Positions 21,468 through 64,000 of a DNA stretch of 64,000 nt are shown one piece after another. The notes beneath the pieces were generated by a model. The model had not been told where the DNA came from. It saw nothing but the letters and a program-made list of their open reading frames with translations, and made no database searches. This DNA comes from the human T2T-CHM13v2.0 reference genome, Homo sapiens, in NCBI RefSeq assembly GCF_009914755.1, contig NC_060931.1; one strand, 5' to 3'. Position 1 is the first letter of the stretch, and each line of letters starts with the position of its first letter. Position numbers and translations under genes: made by a program.

Positions 21468-21895
21468 CTGGGATTACAGGTACACATCAGCATGCCCAGT
21501 TTAATCCCTCTTTCAACATCTCCTATCCATGACCACACTGCCTAGCACCTACTATGTTTCTAGGTCCTTTCCTTCCTCGTTACTTTTTTTGAGATGGTCT
21601 CCGTCATCCAGGCTGCAGTGCAGTGACGTGATCCCGGCTTGCTGCAACTCTGCCCCCCACGTTCAAGTGATTTTCCAGCATTAGCCTCCTGAGTAGCTGG
21701 GATTACAGGTGTGCACCACCATGCTCAGCTAATTTTTGTATTTTTAGTAGAGATGGGGTTTCACCATGTTGGCCAGGCTGGTCTGGAGCTCCTGACCTTA
21801 AGTGATCCACCTGCCTCAGGCTCCCAAACTGCTGGGATTACAGGCGTGAGCCACCGTGCCCGGCCTTTCTATTTTCTTTATTTTTTTTGAGATGA

Positions 21896-22168
<273 letters not shown>

Positions 22169-22534
22169 TAGTTACTCCCCTTTTGACCACTGCCCACACA
22201 GCTTTTTCTGAAGAATGTTCTGCATTCACAGGTGTTATATGAAAAGTGAAGGGGACCAAATGTCACATGTGTTTGGGAGATTCCCATAATATTTAGAATA
22301 AAATTCAAAGTCTGCATCTAAGCTTACAAGGCTCCCTGATATGACGCTCTCCAACCTCAGCCTCTCATACCCCAACTCCACCTCGCTCCAGCCACGGAGC
22401 CTGCTGCTCACACACCTGGAGCCAGCTCCCACCTCTGTGCCCTGGCCCCACTGTCTCCTCTGCCTGGGATGCCTTTCCCGGAGATCTACCAGACTACCTT
22501 CTTCACCTCCTTCAGGGCCAGCCTTGCCTTAGCA

Positions 22535-23303
<769 letters not shown>

Positions 23304-24981
23304 CCTTGGCACCAAGTCTAAAACAACACTCTTGGCATGTTTTCTTATCCTGCTTTTTCTTCCTGGAACTTGACTTACCTTACATTGGTTTATTGTCTGT
23401 TTCCCTAACTAGAATCTAAACCTCTTGAGGGCAGGAACTTCATCTGCTTTAGCATTTGCCTCTCAAATGCCCCTGGGAAGCTGGTTAAACACATTGATAC
23501 TTAGGTCCTACCCCCCAGAGTCTGTTTGAAGTGCAAGAATTCTGCATTTTTGCCATGTTGTTGGATGGTTCTCAGACAAGTGGCCATAGCCAGCACTCTG
23601 AGGGATGTGGGAATAGGGGGGTTAGTATCCCCAACAGAGCAAAACCCCCCTCCCCTCCCACATACACAAAACATGTGCTTCCAGACCAGAAGGGTAAATC
23701 CTGGCCCTGCTCTTACTTGGTGTTCATCTTTACCGCTTTGGGACTTGTTTCCTTATTTTTTCTTTTTTAAGAGATAGGGTCTGGCTCTGTCCCCCAGGCT
23801 GGGGTGTGGTGGCAGGATCATGGCTCACAGCTGCCTCAACCTCCTGGGCTCAAGTGATCCTCCCACCTCAGGCTCCCAAGCAGCTAGGGACTGCCCCATC
23901 CAGCTAATTTTTTTAAATTTGTAGAGATGGGATCTTGCTATGATGCCTAGGCTGGTCTCAAACTCCTGGCCTCAAACGATTCTTCCACCTCGGTCTCCTG
24001 AGTAGCTGGGACCACAGGTGCACACCACTACACCCGGCTGTGTTTCCTTACCTTTGACATGGAGGCACCGCCACCCACTTCAAAGAACTTTAAAGTACAT
24101 CTAGCCCTTGACATTAGTTTCCTTCCAATCCTGAACTCTCCATTAATGTAACCACGGTGGCTCACACCTGTAATCCCAGCACTTTGGAGGCCAAGCCAAG
24201 GTGGGTGGATCACAAGGTCAAGAGATTGAGACCATCCTGGCCAACATGGTGAAACCCCATCTCTACCAAAAATACAAAAATTACCTGGCCGTGGTGGCAC
24301 ACGCCTGTAATCCTAGCTACCCGGGAGGCGGCGGTTGCAGTGAGCTGAGATCGCGCCACTTCACTCCAGCCTGGCGACAGAGAGACTCCCTGTCTCAAAT
24401 AAATAATTTTTTAAAATAATGTAAACTGAAACAATTTTATTGGAATTTTAGCCCCCAGGCTGAAAGCTTGGCAGGTCCCTGAGAAGGTAGGTGTAAGGAC
24501 TCTGGACTTGGGGAGGACAGCATCTGAGGGAGCAAAACTGAGAAAAATAAGTATTTTGCTTACTGAACAACCTGACCTTGGCTGGGTACAGTGGCTCACG
24601 CCTGTAATCCCAACACTTTGGGAGGCCGAGGTGGGCAGATCACTTGAGGTCAGGAGTTCAAGACCAGCCTGGCCAACATGGTGAAACCCTATCTGTACTA
24701 AAAATACAAAAATTAGCCAGGCATGGTGGGGCACGCCTGTAATCTCAGCCACTCAGGAGGCCGACAGGAGAATCGCTTGAACCTGGGAATGGAGGTTGCA
24801 GTGAGCTGAGATTGCACCACTGCACTCCAGCCTGGGCGACAGAGCATGATTCCATCTCAAAAATAGATAAATAACCTGACCTTGTTCCTGTGCCCTGCCC
24901 AGAGAATGGAAGGAGGGAAGCATAAGTCTCACAAATGAATGGTTGAAGGACTCCTCTTTAGGAAAACTAACCAGCCCATGA

Positions 24982-25119
<138 letters not shown>

Positions 25120-25693
25120 TAAAAATACAAAAATTAGCCGGGCATGGTGGCTTGTACCTGTAATCCCAGCTACTTGGGAGGCTGAGGCAGGAGAAGTCAC
25201 TTGAACCCAGGAGGCGGAGGTTGCAGTGAGCAGAGATTGTGCCACTGTACTCCAGCCTGGGTGACAGAACAAGACTGTCTCAAAAAAAAATCTGCAGCTC
25301 TGATCGTTGGGATCACTTGTTGGAATGGCCAGGTTTCTGTGGGGTCACCCAGCAGATATCCACCAATGACAGGCCCCGCTCACAGCCTGAGGACCTTTCT
25401 ATTACAAGCAGAGATCCAAGGACATCAGACATCTGATGGAAGCCTTTGCCATAGGCACACCAAACTAACAACAAACACCCCCCCAAGAATCAATGCATAA
25501 ACAAAGCTAGGTCGATAGCACAGATAGGATCTTGCGCTAATGAAGAAGGAGGCTTGAAAAGGGAAGCCTGTGAAAACAAAGTGTCTCGAATTAAGTGACT
25601 GCAGAAATGAAAAGCCTGGAAGAAGAGATAAAGTAGAATACCCCAGAAAGTAAAAAATAAAGATGGAAAATAGAGAATGGGACAAGAAAATGA

Positions 25694-25897
<204 letters not shown>

Positions 25898-26224
25898 TAA
25901 AAGGACAATTCTAGACTGCAAGGCTGATACTTGGATGTACAGAAAATAGGTTTCTATTCAGGACAGCACATTTAAGAATACTGGAGACACAACCTACAAA
26001 TTTCAGTCAGTAGAGTTGAGACAGGGGAAGAGAGTCATGCACAAAATAATTGGCAATCAGAGTAGAAGACTTTGAACCCAACACTGAAAACTAGAAGATA
26101 ATGATCGATGCTTGCAACATTCTGAAGGTCATAGTTTCCAGTCTAGAACACTTGTCTGCAGCTGGATTGTCAACCAGGAGTCAAAACAAAGTCCATGTTT
26201 TCAAAGGCCAGGTGCGGTGGCTCA

Positions 26225-26569
<345 letters not shown>

Positions 26570-28600
26570 TCAGTGGCTCACGCCTGTAATCCCAACACTT
26601 TGAGAAGCCAAGGCAGCAGGATCGCTTGATCCCAGGAATTCAAGGTCAGCTTCCCTGTTTCCTGGATCCCATGCCTACCTCATGCGATCGTTTGTTTTGG
26701 AGATGGGGTCTCACTTCATAGCCTAGGCTGGAGTGCAGTGGCACCATCATAGCTCACTGCAGCCTCCAACTCCCTGGCTCAAGCAATCCTCTTGCCTTGG
26801 CTTCCCAAAGCCAAATTAATTAAAATTTTAAAAGCCAAATTAATTAAACAATTAGCTGGGCATAGTGGCACACATCTGTAGACCCAGCTACTCAAGAGGC
26901 TGAGACGGGAGGATTGCTTTAGCAAGGCTGCCCTGAGCTGAGCTGTGATGGTTCCACTGCACTCCAGCCTGGGCGACAGAGTAAGACCTTGTCCCTAAAA
27001 TAAAGGGGAAAACAAGCACAGGCAGGTGTGAGATCCTGCAAACAGGGACACTGACCCAGGAAAAGTGAGTGGAGCCCCCACAATGATGGTAAAAGCCGAT
27101 CCCAGGACAATAGACGTGTACCAGAGGATGAGGACAACTATTCCAGGCTGGAGCATGACAGAGCTCTCCAGTGGGTGTGGATGACAAGCATGTTGGTAGA
27201 TTACTGACGTATTACATTCAGCAGGAGGTTTACACAGGCTGTAAGAATTTGATATGAGGTAAACCCAAGGAAAACAAAGCATATGAGTGAAGATGTGGAT
27301 TAATACTAAGGAAAACACACTTCTGAATATAATTTACATCATTATGATAAAATCTGGACATCAAGCTAACAAAAATTAGATATCTACGATGCGAAGAAAG
27401 GGAGGTATAAAAAAATGGCTATCTCTTCTGTAAATTCGAACATCGTCTTTAGATGTAGCATGAGCATAATGTTTAGAATTACAAAAGCATAGACTAGAAT
27501 AAACAGACCAAAGAGTAGAAAGTTCTGGCCTCTGGGGATGGGGTGGAAGAGGCATGGGTCCTCCTTTGCTTTAAATATCTATAGCTCTGTAAAATATGTA
27601 CATTGTATCAAAGTTCATTTAAGTTATAAAAATTAAGTATACAAGAAAGTCATGGTTCAAAAATAATATGTAGGCCAGGTGCGGTTGCTTATGTCTGTAA
27701 TCCCAGCACTTTGGGAGGCTGAAGTGGGAGGACCATTTGAGGCCAGGAGTTCAAGACTAACCTGACCATAGTAAGACCCCATCTCTACAGAATTCTTTAA
27801 AAGGTTAGCTGCATGTGGTGGTGCTGCCTTGAAATATAGAAACACACACGCACTCTCTTTCTTTCTAGGAAGAATAAGAGAGATTGAGTTTCTAGAGAAA
27901 ATTATCTTAGATCTTGTCAGTGTCAGGATATTAATTGCCAGAGGAAAGAAGGCCAGTAACACTGTCCCTGCAGCACCAAGAACCAATGATATTGTATCTG
28001 CAAGTCGAAGTCTGTGTAGAGACCAGGCATGTTGGCTCACGCCTGTAATCCCAGCACTTTAGGAGGCTGAGACATGTGGATCACCTGAGGTCATGAGTTT
28101 GAGACCAGCCTGGTCAACATGGTGAAACCCTGTCTCTACCAAAAATACAGAAATTAGCCCAGCATGGTGGCAGGCACCTATAGTCCCAGCTATTTGGCAG
28201 GAGAGGCAGGAAAATCACTGGAACCTGGGAGACGGAGGTTGCAGTGAGCCTAGATCACATCACTGCACTCCAGCCTGGGTGACAAGACCGAAACTCCATC
28301 TCAAAAAAAAAAAAAAAAAAAGAAAAGAAAAAGAAAAAGTCTGTCCGGATAACTATAAGACCATTCTACTCTGTCTTGAAGGTTTTGCTTTAAGACCTTT
28401 TAAAAGGCAATTACTAAACAAATGTTCTTTATTTTTTATTATTTTTTTTGAGAAGGAGTTTCACTCTTGTTGCCCAGGCTGGAGTACAATGGCTCCATCT
28501 CAGTTCACTGCAACCTCCGCCCTCCTGGGTTCAAGCAATTTTCCTGCCTCAGCCTCCCAAATAGCTGGAATTACAGGCATGCGTCACCATGCCTGGCTAA

Positions 28601-28792
<192 letters not shown>

Positions 28793-28829
28793 TGAAGTTC
28801 AGATAGAGAAACGTGAAAGTGTTGAACAT

Positions 28830-28835
28830 TTTATT
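28830..28835 (-). terminator. KPNA7 polyadenylation signal AATAAA (3'UTR about 130-140 nt)
   Basis: tttatt on the + strand about 115 nt past the stop codon. Confidence 0.85.
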
Positions 28836-28949
28836 AATGTCAAGTTTTAAAAGCTTCACATTTGGGTTACACTAAGATAGAGGACTGCTGCTTCTTAAAG
28901 AAGTTATCCTTTAGCACTGGGTTGTTGGTTTAGGAGGTAGGGAGCTTGG

Positions 28950-62671
<33,722 letters not shown>

Positions 62672-62777
62672 ATTGACTGGAAGTAGTAAGTTACCTGCAG
62701 GTTGGACAGCAACAAAGAAATTTTCAGTGCCCATTGTGTGGGTTATTATGTCAGTATCATAAGGCTCTAACCCTTAA

Positions 62778-63071
<294 letters not shown>

Positions 63072-63382
63072 TGATCCGCCCACCTCGGCCTCCCAAAGTG
63101 CTGGGATTACAGGCATGAGCCACCGCTCCCAGCCAGCATTTTTTATTTTTTGGGACCAGAGAAGCTGAGTGAGAGTTAGAACCCATATACACAGCACAGA
63201 CTCCCCGTCCCCAACCCTTGGGCTCAACCTGGCAGCAAGAACAACAGTCTGGACTTCTCAGCTCCATGTCCTATTTCTGCAAGACCTGCTTGTTGGCATC
63301 AGAGTCTCACTCTGTCACCCGGGCTGGAGTGCATTGGCACAATCACGGCTCACTGCAACCTTGACCTCCTGGACTCAAGTGA

Positions 63383-63693
<311 letters not shown>

Positions 63694-64000
63694 TGATCCA
63701 CCCACCTCGGCCTCCCAAAGTGCTGGGATTACAGGCGTGAGCCACCGTGCCCGGCCACACCTGGCTTATTTTTGGTTTTGTTTGTTTTTGTAGAGTCGGC
63801 TTTTCACCACGTTGGCCAGGCTGGTCTTGAACTCCTGACCTTGTGATCCACCCACCTCAGCCTCCCAAAGTGCTGGGATTACAGGCATGAACCTGAAGTC
63901 AGCTTCTATAAGCATCACCACACCAGCTCAGTAGGCTGTGAACACTGTGGGAGCACCAAGACCACCAATGCTGGGCATAGCAGTAAAGGAAAGCTTTTAA

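Noticed and set aside
28845-28856. Possible CPE in the KPNA7 3'UTR (TTTTAAAA)
   Set aside because: Does not match the consensus UUUUAU/UUUUAAU, so it is not called as a feature.

Overview
Human (or very close great-ape) genomic DNA, extremely Alu-dense. The window holds the complete coding region of KPNA7 (importin alpha-8 / karyopherin alpha-7, an oocyte/early-embryo importin) on the minus strand. Ten coding exons run from ATG 62671 to TAG 28950 and splice with GT-AG introns into an intact 1551-nt ORF (516 aa: IBB domain, ARM repeats, acidic C-terminus). A short 3'UTR has AATAAA at 28830-28835. Bases 1-28.8 kb lie downstream of the gene (from recall, toward the SMURF1 promoter on 7q22.1) and are mostly repeats. 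Nearly all other ORFs in the track are Alu, L1 or simple-repeat artefacts. I found no convincing new gene or multi-gene system. The best second-look items are: a MER85 piggyBac MITE with an intact CSB-PGBD3 palindrome inside this oocyte gene; two non-repeat local duplications, one bracketing the ATG exon and one captured inside an Alu; an Alu-tail-derived ~740-bp VNTR; inverted Alus tightly flanking a stop-free phase-0 exon; and DUX4 motifs in MaLR LTRs. Repeat family names come from recalled consensus sequences, not a database search.
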